DNA of 63,694 nt, the filler included, from Octopus bimaculoides (lineage: Eukaryota), in the NCBI RefSeq assembly GCF_001194135.2. It is 8 parts of 8 records of this genome, joined end to end, with 100 filler letters (N's around TTAATTAATTAA, not from the genome) between each part and the next. Parts side by side here need not be neighbours in the genome. Positions count along the whole stretch, not along the records: positions 8,655 to 15,850 come from NC_068991.1; positions 15,951 to 30,973 come from NC_068983.1; 6 more parts are not named here. One strand, given 5' to 3'. The translations under genes and the position numbers were made by a program. The notes beneath the pieces are model-generated. The model did no database searches. It was not told the origin of the DNA and saw only the letters and a list, made by a program, of their open reading frames with translations. The stretch's first letter is position 1; every line of letters starts with the position of its first letter. Shown piece after piece: positions 12,726 through 23,687 of this stretch.

Positions 12726-14107
12726 AGTGACCCTACTGAACACTGTCAGAATATAGTTCAAACTATCACCACTACAATCAAAGCCCTTACCACTGTCATC
12801 ACCACACCACACCACCCACCTGCCTACATGCATACACACCACCACCACTACCACCGCCGCCGGGGAGAGAAACAGGAAGTTAGAGATAGATAGATAGAGA
12901 GAGAGAGAGGGAGAAAGAGAGAGAGAGGTATAATTTATAATACTTAAAGTAGAACAAACTCATCATCACCACCACCACCACCAACACTGCTGCCGCCACC
13001 GCTGCCTCCCCACCACCATTTAGTATCCATGTTTCATGCTGGTTGGCAGGTTAGACTATTTGGCATAACCTGATAGGTCCCAGGGGTTGTATTGTGCTTC
13101 ATTGGTAGCTTCAGCATGATTTCTACGTGGTTTCTACAGCTGGATGCCCTTCCTAATATTAATCACTTTACAGCATGTACAGAGTACTTTTTGCTTGCAA
13201 GATTCACAAACCACGAGGGGCCATATGGATGAGGAAAACTGCATAAAGAAGCACTAAGCTCTAATTGTGGAGAGTACCTGTGGAAGGGGTAGACTCAGGA
13301 ATATGTGGTATGAAGTAGTGAGAAAGGATCTTCGGATGCTGGATCCCACTAAGGAAATGACAAGGGACTGGGAGGTTAGTTGAAATCTCTTTAACCCTTT
13401 CATTACCAACCTGGCTGAAACCGCCTCTGGCTCTGAGTACAAATGTGTGAGATAGAGAATGGGTGAGGAGAGGGGAGGTGGGTGACAACTGTAAAGATTG
13501 GGGTGAGCTGAAGGGTAGATGTAGGGAATGATGAATAAAGGGTGTGGGTGATGATCAATTAAGCATGAACTGAAAGAAATAGGTGGGGTGGCGGAGATAT
13601 CCGACAGTACGGAAAAGCAGGGCTGAGAGGGGGAGAGAGAGAGAAGGGGGGAGAGTTGTCACGTGGTTGGGTAAGTTACAGAAGTGGAGAATGTGTGATC
13701 AGTGTAAAATGTGGGTGGAGAAAACAGTATTAATGGATGAAGTTTGGGTAACAAGTGCAATGGTTTCTGGTGGTAATAGAAATAAGTGGTATGAATGGTG
13801 AGCTGGAGTTAGAAAGATGATAGACAGTGAGGGTGTCTTGAGGAGGAAATTGGGTGAAGGGTCCAGTGTGTGTGTGTGTGTGTGTTATGAGTATGTTTGT
13901 AGAGGAGTGTGTTGCATGTATATATATGTAGAGGTGTTTGTATTAGAAGTACATCAGAAGTGTGTATGAAGAAGTTTGAATGTGTGTGTGTACAAGTGTG
14001 TATATATGAGTGTTTATATGCATCTAAAGCTGTGTGTCATATGTATGTATACAGAGCTATGTGTGTGTGTTCTGTGAGTATGTAGAAATGTGAGCATTGT
14101 ATGTATG

Positions 14108-14170
<63 letters not shown>

Positions 14171-14325
14171 GTTATGAGAGGTAATGGTGTCAAGAAGACC
14201 CAAAGGTGTCAGGTAATGCAGAGTAAGTGCTATGGACAGACTATAGTTAAGCTCCAGGTTTGGTGATTATGCAAATGAGGAGTCCAGTGTAGGTCATATA
14301 TCAGCATATGTATATATAAAAAAAA

Positions 14326-14369
14326 TTAACTATTGCTTAACTATTGCTTAACTATTGCTTAACTATTGT
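14326..14369. repeat. 11-bp tandem repeat (TTAACTATTGC) x4
   Basis: Three perfect units plus one with a terminal mismatch, adjoining the split hammerhead. Confidence 0.9.
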
Positions 14370-14375
14370 CTCACA

Positions 14376-14827
14376 CCGTCTCCAATGAAGGGATACTCTT
14401 TTACTTTTTTACTTGTTTCAGTCATTTGACTGTGGCCATGCTGGAGCACTGCCTTTAGTCGGGAAAATCGACCCCAGGACTTATTCTTTGTAAGCCTAGT
14501 ACTTATTCTATCGGTCTCTTTTTTTCTGAACCCCTAAGTTACGGGGACGTAAACACACCAGCATCAGTTGTCAAGCGATGGTGGGGGGAGCAAACACTGA
14601 CACACAAACACACACATAATACATATATATGACGGGCTTCTTTCAGTTTCCGTCTACCAAATCCACTCACAAGGCTTTGGTCAGCCCGAGGCTATAGTAG
14701 AAGACACTTTCCCAAGGTGCCATGCAGTGAGACTGGACCCAGAACCATGTGGTTGGTAAGCAAGCTACTTACCACACAGCCACTCCTGTGTCTAATATAA
14801 AAAATATCCCGGAAACAGCTGTAACAG
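14376..14827 (+). ncRNA. Degenerate hammerhead core split by a SINE insertion in stem II
   Basis: CCAATGA (2 changes from CTGATGA)-AGGGATA at 14382-14395, then a SINE, then TATCCC-G-GAAAC-AGCT-GTA at 14805-14823. GGGATA/TATCCC pair as stem II. Confidence 0.45.
14396..14792 (-). mobile_element. tRNA-derived SINE (family A), full length, with internal microsatellite
   Basis: Head ggagtggctgtgtggtaag..ggttc..cagtc, body ccttgggaaagtgtcttctac, tail ccagcatggccacagtcaaatgactgaaacaagtaaaa. Confidence 0.9.
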
Positions 14828-15054
14828 CTGTATTTTTTTATCTCATTCTGAAAAAGATTTTATATATATATATATAAATATATATGCAGACCAGTGAAGT
14901 GCCTATTGTTTCTTTAAGAAAAGAGAAATAAACATATCTTGTATTGCTAAGTTGAGATAAGAGGACTAAGTATGAGAGTGTTTTCTTTAGGATTATATAT
15001 CTTTGGCATTTCCACTCTCTGTCTGTCTGTTTGTCTATCCATCTATCTACGCAC

Positions 15055-15091
<37 letters not shown>

Positions 15092-15219
15092 TACACACAC
15101 ACACTCATACATACACACAAACACACACACATGCATACATATATATGTTTATATTTTGAGTTATAATAAAAACAATTTCTAAGTTAAACTGAAGGATTAC
15201 TCAGTACTTCTTTGTAGAG

Positions 15220-15272
15220 TATGTACAGTGACTTCAATGTTTCGGTCAGTTAGACTTCATCAGACAGTCATA
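15220..15272 (-). ncRNA. Minimal type-I hammerhead ribozyme motif (Penelope-like element associated)
   Basis: Minus strand: UAUGACUGU CUGAUGA AGUC-UAACU-GACC GAAAC AUUGAA GUC^ACUGUACAUA. Both core boxes and the GUC cleavage triplet are present; stem I has 8 WC pairs, stem II has 3 pairs plus an A.C mismatch. Confidence 0.65.
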
Positions 15273-15558
15273 TGAAGGATAACAGGCCAAAACTTCAAAG
15301 TCAGTCACTACAATTCTCGCAAAAATATAAAATAAAATAAAATAAAATAATATAATATAATATAATATATTATATGCGCAGGAGTGCCTGTGTGGTAAGA
15401 AGCTTCCTTCCCCACCACACAATTCTGGGTTCAGTCCACTGTGTGGCACCTTGGGCAAGTGTCTTCTACTATAGCTTGGACTGATCAAAGTCTTGTGAGT
15501 GGATTTGTGGATTTGGTGGATGGAAACTAAAAGAAGCCTGTCTTATATATATATATAT

Positions 15559-15850
15559 AACATAAGAAGCATCAGTTGTGGTGTGCAAGAGAGACGGTTG
15601 CGCTGGTTTGGACATGTGGTGAGAATGAATGAGGATAGCTGCGTGAAAAAGTGCCACACCCTAACAGTTGAGGGAACCCGTGGAAAAGGTAGGCCCAGGA
15701 AGACCTGGGCTGAGGTGGTGAGGCAAGACCTTCGAACATTGGGCCTCACCGAGGCGATGACTACTGACCGAGACCTTTGGAAATGTGCTGTGCGTGAGAA
15801 GACCCGACAAGCCAAGTGAGATCGTTGCCAGTGCCCCTGGACTGGCTCTT
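15559..15850 (+). mobile_element. 5'-truncated RTE-clade LINE (ORF2 C-terminus), young
   Basis: VQERRLRWFGHVVRMNEDSCVKKC..VEGTRGKGRPRKTW.EVV..DL..LGL..DRDLWK* with no internal stop; begins at (TA)n and is cut by a gap. Confidence 0.9.
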
Positions 15851-15950
15851 NNNNNNNNNNNNNNNNNNNNNNNNNNNNNNNNNNNNNNNNNNNNTTAATT
15901 AATTAANNNNNNNNNNNNNNNNNNNNNNNNNNNNNNNNNNNNNNNNNNNN

Positions 15951-15991
<41 letters not shown>

Positions 15992-16169
15992 TAGATAGAT
16001 GGCTATGCGTATATACTTTAAGATTATATGTATATTTATGAGTGTGTATAAATGTCTATATGATTGTGTGTGCTTGTATATATGGATAAGTGAAGTGCAT
16101 ATATGTATCTAAGAAGTTGTATCCATTCACAATAGACGATGGTGAGAAGGACAAACGCACACATATCCA

Positions 16170-16200
<31 letters not shown>

Positions 16201-17083
16201 TCAACCTTCAGCAAAAATAAGTCATGTATACATCTTGAACAGACATAAGTACATAAATACACGTTCACATGTACATACACATGTACACACACACGTCTAC
16301 ACATTTACCTAAATACTCACATACATACATACATACAGGCATGCACACATGCATACGCATGTACACACACACACACGTCATGAACTAACTATTACTTTCT
16401 CAGATGCAGCACGGGATTTTGTCAGTGAACAGGTCGCGGTCTCAAAGCGACGAAAATATTTTGGCAAATTAAATTTAAATGTTGAAGTAAATCTAACGGT
16501 TTTTGTGTGTTTTTAAATGGCTTATAAACACCTTCCACGCTGCAATTATATATATATATATAAAACAAATAATAAATGAGTATATGCATATATACGTACA
16601 GGTATGTGCATACCTACGTCTACCTGTATATATAGGTGCATATCTGGGTACAGGACATTGCAAACAAAACGTAGACAAGAAAATAATAATAACCAGAGTA
16701 CAGAAAACACACAAGCCACATAGAGAACATTTTCCTTCATCAGCTNNNNNNNNNNNNNNNNNNNNNNNNNNNNNNNNNNNNNNNNNNNNNNNNNNNNNNN
16801 NNNNNNNNNNNNNNNNNNNNNNNNNNNNNNNNNNNNNNNNNNNNNNNNNNNNNNNNNNNNNNNNNNNNNNNNNNNNNNNNNNNNNNNNNNNNNNNNNNNN
16901 NNNNNNNNNNNNNNNNNNNNNNNNNNNNNNNNNNNNNNNNNNNNNNNGGCGTTTCGAAGTCAGGAAAACAAACGGAAAAGAAAACAAGACAGGAAAACAA
17001 ACGGAAAAGGCTATGCGGCCAGACGTGAAAAATTATGTGTATATGAACGCTGTGAGGCACGAACTGAAAAAGACGGGACGAAG

Positions 17084-17123
<40 letters not shown>

Positions 17124-17833
17124 GAAATTTACAAAAAAAACAAAAGACGAAGACGTGTATAAACAACAAGCAGGTGTATTAGTTTGACGCTCGGGAAGGT
17201 GAGAAAGTCTTATACTTCATTATTAAAGCTGCAAAAACATCACAAAAATATCACAAAAAAACTACAACTCAGTGTTTCAAGTTCCTGTTCGTCGGGCAAT
17301 TGTGATCAAGAATGGAATAAAAATTGTGATTTTACGTATAATATACATTTTCATAGGATTCAAATTGACAGATACACATTTGAATTTGATTGGTTGATTT
17401 CACTAACGGTCTTTCAGAGACATGCAAATTAAGACAGTAAATATAAAAATAAAAAAATAGAAATGCATAAATATCGTGTTATATAATATCGAAGGAATCC
17501 TAAAGTTGGGGAAAAAATCTTGAGTCTAAAAGTAATCTAACCTATAACGAGGCATGTACACGAGGTAAACAAAAGGAAAAACAATACAAACGAATAAAGA
17601 TTAAATCAATTTTAATGCAGGATATTACACTTTGAAATGCACTACAAGATTTCTTGGCAGTACATACGAGATAATAATCGGATAGATGTACAACACATAC
17701 AAAAGCAGGATACATTGAAAGATACAAGCAGAGATATTTATGTGTATGAGCAAACAGGCGCATGCTAAAGCAGTGGCAACAGCGTCATCGAGGTCGGGGT
17801 AAAGAGAAGCGTCGTTGGACTGTGGTAGAGTTA

Positions 17834-17867
<34 letters not shown>

Positions 17868-18724
17868 NNNNNNNNNNNNNNNNNNNNNNNNNNNNNNNNN
17901 NNNNNNNNNNNNNNNNNNNNNNNNNNNNNNNNNNNNNNNNNNNNNNNNNNNNNNNNNNNNNNNNNNNNNNNNNNNNNNNNNNNNNNNNNNNNNNNNNNNN
18001 NNNNNNNNNNNNNNNNNNNNNNNNNNNNNNNNNNNNNNNNNNNNNNNNNNNNNNNNNNNNNNNNNNNNNNNNNNNNNNNNNNNNNNNNNNNNNNNNNNNN
18101 NNNNNNNNNNNNNNNNNNNNNNNNNNNNNNNNNNNNNNNNNNNNNNNNNNNNNNNNNNNNNNNNNNNNNNNNNNNNNNNNNNNNNNNNNNNNNNNNNNNN
18201 NNNNNNNNNNNNNNNNNNNNNNNNNNNNNNNNNNNNNNNNNNNNNNNNNNNNNNNNNNNNNNNNNNNNNNNNNNNNNNNNNNNNNNNNNNNNNNNNNNNN
18301 NNNNNNNNNNNNNNNNNNNNNNNNNNNNNNNNNNNNNNNNNNNNNNNNNNNNNNNNNNNNNNNNNNNNNNNNNNNNNNNNNNNNNNNNNNNNNNNNNNNN
18401 NNNNNNNNNNNNNNNNNNNNNNNNNNNNNNNNNNNNNNNNNNNNNNNNNNNNNNNNNNNNNNNNNNNNNNNNNNNNNNNNNNNNNNNNNNNNNNNNNNNN
18501 NNNNNNNNNNNNNNNNNNNNNNNNNNNNNNNNNNNNNNNNNNNNNNNNNNNNNNNNNNNNNNNNNNNNNNNNNNNNNNNNNNNNNNNNNNNNNNNNNNNN
18601 NNNNNNNNNNNNNNNNNNNNNNNNNNNNNNNNNNNNNNNNNNNNNNNNNNNNNNNNNNNNNNNNNNNNNNNNNNNNNNNNNNNNNNNNNNNNNNNNNNNN
18701 NNNNNNNNNNNNNNNNNNNNNNNN

Positions 18725-18787
<63 letters not shown>

Positions 18788-19559
18788 CGCGCATATATGT
18801 ATATGCCGTTTAGTGATTAAAAAAATTATTTCGCGGAGACAAAGCTGGTGACAGCGGGCGCCGGGTGAGTAACGCAGGGAGCCCGTCAATGATGTTTCAT
18901 TTAATGTTGGTGAATCATTCCGGAGCTCAGAAAGTTTTCGGGGGAAACAAAACAGAGATGGAATTATCTCCAACCCTGTATCTCAGAAAATGCATATTCT
19001 CTGTGTACCTTCTTTTGAAGTCATTGATCGTCATGCTCCTGTACAGTCTTTTGATGTCATTGGATTGTTTCAAGGTGTCTCTATATACTATAGCACATCA
19101 GAGGCAGGATCTTGCCTGAAGGCAGGTAGTAATGTTTTGACAATCACTAGCTGGCTGTTGTGTGGAGGCATGTTTGAGTTTGTTGTAGTGTGCGATGTTA
19201 GAAACAATATAGTCGATACACACACATACATATGCATGTACATACACTAAAGTTAGAAGACATGTAGACGATATATACATATATTCAAATATAAATACAT
19301 ATATACATTACCGTGCCATGAAACGTCTGGACATACCAGTATATGGTTATGAAACTATTTAGCATATAGTAATAGTCGGCGATATAGCTTGCAGCAAGTC
19401 TCGTTCAGTACGCGGCATTGAAAAGTTACAACAATGACGAAACATCGATGTGAGTTGTCTTGCTTGCAGGTGTTTTTAACACAGCCGCATTGAGAATATA
19501 TTTTCTTACACCTAAACTGCAGCCGACTCGCGAACCAACAGCACACGCAAGCCTTGTGT

Positions 19560-19965
19560 GCGTATAGGCGTGGCTGTGCGATAAGAAGCTTGCTTCCCAA
19601 TCATTCCGAATCCAGTCACACTGTGTGACACGTTGGGCAAGTGTCTTCTACAGCCTCGGGCCAACGAAAGCCTTGTGACTGGATTTTGATAGATGAAAAC
19701 TGAAAGAAGCTCGTCGTGTGTTTGTGTGTGTGTCCGTGCGGGTATTTGTGTGTGTCCGTGCGTGTATTTGTGTATCCGTATTTGTCCCCCAAATCGCTTG
19801 ACAACCGATGCTGGTGTGTTTACATCCCCGTAACGTAGCGGTTCGCTCACTAGAGCCCGATAGATTAAGTACTTGGGTTAAAAAGAATAAGTCCTGGGGT
19901 CGTTTTGTTCGACTAAAGGCGGTGCTACAACATCGCCGCAGTCAAATTACTGAAACAAGTAAAAA
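19560..19965 (+). mobile_element. SINE family A, full length, CpG-retaining
   Basis: Same head, body and tail as 14396-14792. Partial copies at 8382-8530, 15376-15545, 28425-28655, 29282-29590, 39165-39424, 46800-47010, 50715-50935, 53870-54030, 54250-54515, 54925-55240 and 55945-56160. Confidence 0.9.
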
Positions 19966-20351
19966 AAATGTATATATCCCATTTATCTATACAAATCCTG
20001 ATTAATAAACTATGTACAAAGTGCCTCTACCAAATGTAAATTTTGGAATTTTTGACCCTATGTCTGAAAAATTTCTAACAGGTTATTTCTTCTCGTGTTT
20101 ATCCTACATGTACAATTTTTTGACTCCTTTTAGCGTGTAAAAATAAATTATATCAAGAAATTTTCCCACACTTCTGTTTTGATGTGTGTGCGTGTGTGTG
20201 TGTGTGTGTGTGCACGAGATTCATGTAGGAAGTTTGTAAGCTTCGAGCAGTCCGTGGTAGGTATTAAAACAATGTTCAGGATCAACAGGAACGATAATTA
20301 TTTGTTGCCGTCGAAGGTTGGCTTTTCTCATATCGAGGTTCGAGAAACTGA

Positions 20352-20557
20352 TGTGTAATTCTCCGTCACAGCATATGAATGAGAAAGGGAGGGGTTTATA
20401 GATGAATAAGGAAGGAAGGTGTGATGGCAAATTTGGTAGTGGGATAATGGAAGTTTGTGTCTTTCTCCGTCACAACATCTGAATGAGAAAGGAAGGGGTG
20501 ATGGCAAACTTGGTAGTGGGATGATGGAAGTCGTACAGTGAAAAAAAAATCAAACAG
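20352..20557 (+). repeat. ~205-bp direct repeat, copy 1, with internal duplication
   Basis: ttctccgtcaca.catat.aatgagaaaggga..ggcaaa.ttggtagtggga occurs twice within the copy; second copy at 22814-23018. Confidence 0.9.
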
Positions 20558-20589
20558 CGAGTCGACTGAGTGAGTATATGTGTGTGTAT

Positions 20590-20929
20590 GTAAAATCCAG
20601 GCTACATATATTTCTTAAAACTATCAGATCCTCTATTATGATAATTACTCAACGACGGGTACTCAACTACCTATTTATTAGGGTGAAGATATCTTAGTTG
20701 TGTAAAGGTGACATTGTCGGTAAAGAATCCCAAGTTAACTCGCAGGAAGAAACAAATTTGAAAGTTTCAAATTTTATCTTCAGTGACTTAACTCGAAATT
20801 CCTTAATGTCAATGTAACCATTATACAATTAAGGTCTCTTCGGCCAGATGAGTAGGTAGTTGTGTACCCCTCGTTATTATTATATCAGAGGATCTGCTAG
20901 ATAAGAAACATATGTAGCCTGGATGTTAC
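20590..20929. mobile_element. MITE with ~100-bp imperfect TIRs
   Basis: GTAAAATCCAGGCTACATATATTTCTTA pairs with the reverse complement of TAAGAAACATATGTAGCCTGGATGTTAC. No TSD recognised. Confidence 0.7.
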
Positions 20930-20992
20930 CTACTCCACTCCCTCAATTTGGATATAGAAACACACACACACATATATATATATATATACATA

Positions 20993-21116
20993 CAGGATGT
21001 CCACAAGGTCTGGGTACATGGAGTAAATAAAATCATAACAAACAATTAAATATAAGAAATAATAATTTCTTAAAGTATGTGTTAATCCCATGTACCCAGA
21101 CTTTGTGGACACCCTG
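20993..21116. mobile_element. 124-bp Tc1/mariner MITE
   Basis: TA|CAGGATGTCCACAAGGTCTGGGTACATGG ... CCATGTACCCAGACTTTGTGGACACCCTG|TA. Confidence 0.85.
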
Positions 21117-21224
21117 TATATAATTTAAATAATAAGGGTGAAAAATTGAATATCAATTTAAAAATTAGTGGTCTAACATATTGAAAAATCTGAAGATTCA
21201 GAAAAATTATATTACATACATATA

Positions 21225-21377
21225 AGAGGGATGACCACTAAGTGGACATCCATTATGCTTTGCTCGCTTACGTTCTGGCGTTTGCTGAATTTTCTTGAGA
21301 ACAATCTTTTCTTAGTGGTAAGACCATAGGGGGTCGACTTCTAGCATAATGGATGTCCACTTAGTGGACATCCCTCT
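21225..21377. mobile_element. 153-bp TA-flanked MITE, superfamily unassigned
   Basis: 35-bp TIRs AGAGGGATG(A/T)CCACTAAGTGGACATCCATTATGCT with one mismatch, flanked by TATA. Confidence 0.8.
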
Positions 21378-22097
21378 TATATATATATGTGTGTATATAT
21401 ATATATATNNNNNNNNNNNNNNNNNNNNNNNNNNNNNNNNNNNNNNNNNNNNNNNNNNNNNNNNNNNNNNNNNNNNNNNNNNNNNNNNNNNNNNNNNNNN
21501 NNNNNNNNNNNNNNNNNNNNNNNNNNNNNNNNNNNNNNNNNNNNNNNNNNNNNNNNNNNNNNNNNNNNNNNNNNNNNNNNNNNNNNNNNNNNNNNNNNNN
21601 NNNNNNNNNNNNNNNNNNNNNNNNNNNNNNNNNNNNNNNNNNNNNNNNNNNNNNNNNNNNNNNNNNNNNNNNNNNNNNNNNNNNNNNNNNNNNNNNNNNN
21701 NNNNNNNNNNNNNNNNNNNNNNNNNNNNNNNNNNNNNNNNNNNNNNNNNNNNNNNNNNNNNNNNNNNNNNNNNNNNNNNNNNNNNNNNNNNNNNNNNNNN
21801 NNNNNNNNNNNNNNNNNNNNNNNNNNNNNNNNNNNNNNNNNNNNNNNNNNNNNNNNNNNNNNNNNNNNNNNNNNNNNNNNNNNNNNNNNNNNNNNNNNNN
21901 NNNNNNNNNNNNNNNNNNNNNNNNNNNNNNNNNNNNNNNNNNNNNNNNNNNNNNNNNNNNNNNNNNNNNNNNNNNNNNNNNNNNNNNNNNNNNNNNNNNN
22001 NNNNNNNNNNNNNNNNNNNNNNNNNNNNNNNNNNNNNNNNNNNNNAATATGACTATCATACACGCAGTAGAACAATGTAACCTGAATTGGCTAAAGC

Positions 22098-22802
22098 GGA
22101 TCTTTCTGATTCGACGGGCAACACTTGTTTTCTTAACGAAACACTTTCAAACTTGGGACACTGGTAGAATGTGTCATATAAAACATCTTTTTCTCTTAGC
22201 TTTCTTAACAAAAATTTATATATTGCAAGTTATTTCATGTTAAAGTTGTCGTATTTCTGTAATTTCAACCAATCACTGACGTCTATTCAGCTGAATACAG
22301 TTACTGCTCTTTTTATAAACAATACTTTTTGCCGGTGTCAAGAGTGTTATTCCCTGTTTAATTATATTATTATTCCCTAGTAAGGGTTTAGAGTTAGGGT
22401 TGGGGTTACGGTTAGGGTTATGAGTGAGGTTATGGCAAAAATAATCATAACCCCAACCGTAATCCTAAAACCAGTACAAACGCACGAATGATGTCAAATT
22501 ACAGTAACACGGATAGTTGTTGTTGACAAACAACGGCACTAATTTTATTCAAGGGAAAAGATCCCATGACACCGTTGTTTACATTCCACGGCAGTAATTG
22601 TTTTCACCTGAATAGACGTCAGTGATTGGTTGAAATTACCGAAATACGACAATTTTTTACATGAAATAACTTCGAATACAAAATTTTTTATCTGTTCTAT
22701 AACACAAAATATACAAGTATAAGAAGTTTGAAAGTGTTTCGGTACCAAAAACACTACATAAAACATTAATGAAAAGTGTTGCCCGTCAAATCAGAAAGAT
22801 CC
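22098..22802. mobile_element. Merlin-like foldback MITE, 705 bp
   Basis: Exact 8-bp TSD GCTAAAGC (22090-22097 and 22803-22810). GGATCTTTCTGAT termini, ~200-bp imperfect TIRs, degenerate TTAGGG/CCCTAA core. Confidence 0.8.
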
Positions 22803-22813
22803 GCTAAAGCTAC

Positions 22814-23018
22814 TGTGTATTTCTCCGTCACAACATATAAATGAGAAAGGGAGGAGTTTGTAGATGAATAAGGAAGGAAGGGGTGGTGGCAAACTTGGTA
22901 GTGGGATAATAGAAGTTTGTGTCTTTCTCTGTCACAACATCTGAATGAGAAAAGAAGGGGTGATGGCACACTTGGTAGTGGGATGATGGAAGTCGTACGG
23001 TGAAAACAAATCAAACAG
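22814..23018 (+). repeat. ~205-bp direct repeat, copy 2
   Basis: Highly similar to 20352-20557; starts 3 bp after the Merlin-like TSD. Confidence 0.9.
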
Positions 23019-23654
23019 AGGTTCATCGAAAAAAAAAAAAATTCCAATAAATCCGGGGCCGTAGGGGGGTCCCATTCACCATCCCCCTACCTTTTCTCGA
23101 ACCAAAATAAGGGATTTGCAGCTTATTAAGTCAGGGATTCCACACAAAAAAGTTTTTTTTTTTTTTTTTAGTGAAAATCGTGCGGGTGTTACTCTGAAAA
23201 ATTACCCAATTAGCCGTCATTTTTGTTGGCACGGGGCAAGATAGTATTATAATAATTTATCTGTGTAAACACATGAAAGTACTTAGCAATGAGAGAGGGA
23301 AAGTGGCAAAGAGAGTGCCAATAACGAATATAAAACTCATATGAATTATACTACACTAATCTTGGGATTGCCGGTAAAGTTCAAATACTTTCTCTTGAAA
23401 ACATACCCTCCTGAGACATGATAAATAGAAATTAGTATCAAAGATCCTCGTGATACTTGAGTGCCACAACGAACGCAATTTTAAGTTGTTAGTAATGTCT
23501 CCTCAGTTTACTGGTGTGTACAGTTTGACTGGAAGGCCGGTTTATAACGCGAGTTTAAATTTTACGTCTGCTTCCAATTACATATATTACGATAAGTGTC
23601 AAAAACAAGCACATGACAACGACTTCCATTACGTTGTCATAATTGAATGTAAAG

Positions 23655-23682
23655 ATTGCAAGCAAGAACAAACAAATTTAAT
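23655..23682 (-). terminator. Putative polyadenylation signal of the CCP gene
   Basis: Minus strand: TAA tgtac ATTAAA tttgtttgttcttgcttgc, i.e. a variant hexamer followed by a U/GU-rich tract. Confidence 0.35.
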
Positions 23683-23687
23683 GTACA

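Noticed and set aside
17625-18973. Long ORFs of 200-390 aa spanning N-runs (also at 21.3, 31.5, 42.7, 44.3 and 50.8 kb)
   Set aside because: Their length comes from X codons in gaps.
22381-22472. Interstitial telomere or chromosome-fusion scar
   Set aside because: The units are degenerate and enclosed by TIRs and an exact TSD, so they are part of a MITE.
23153-23169. T-run as the poly(A) scar of a CCP retrocopy
   Set aside because: About 520 bp from the stop, with no adjacent AATAAA and no TSD; homopolymers are common here.
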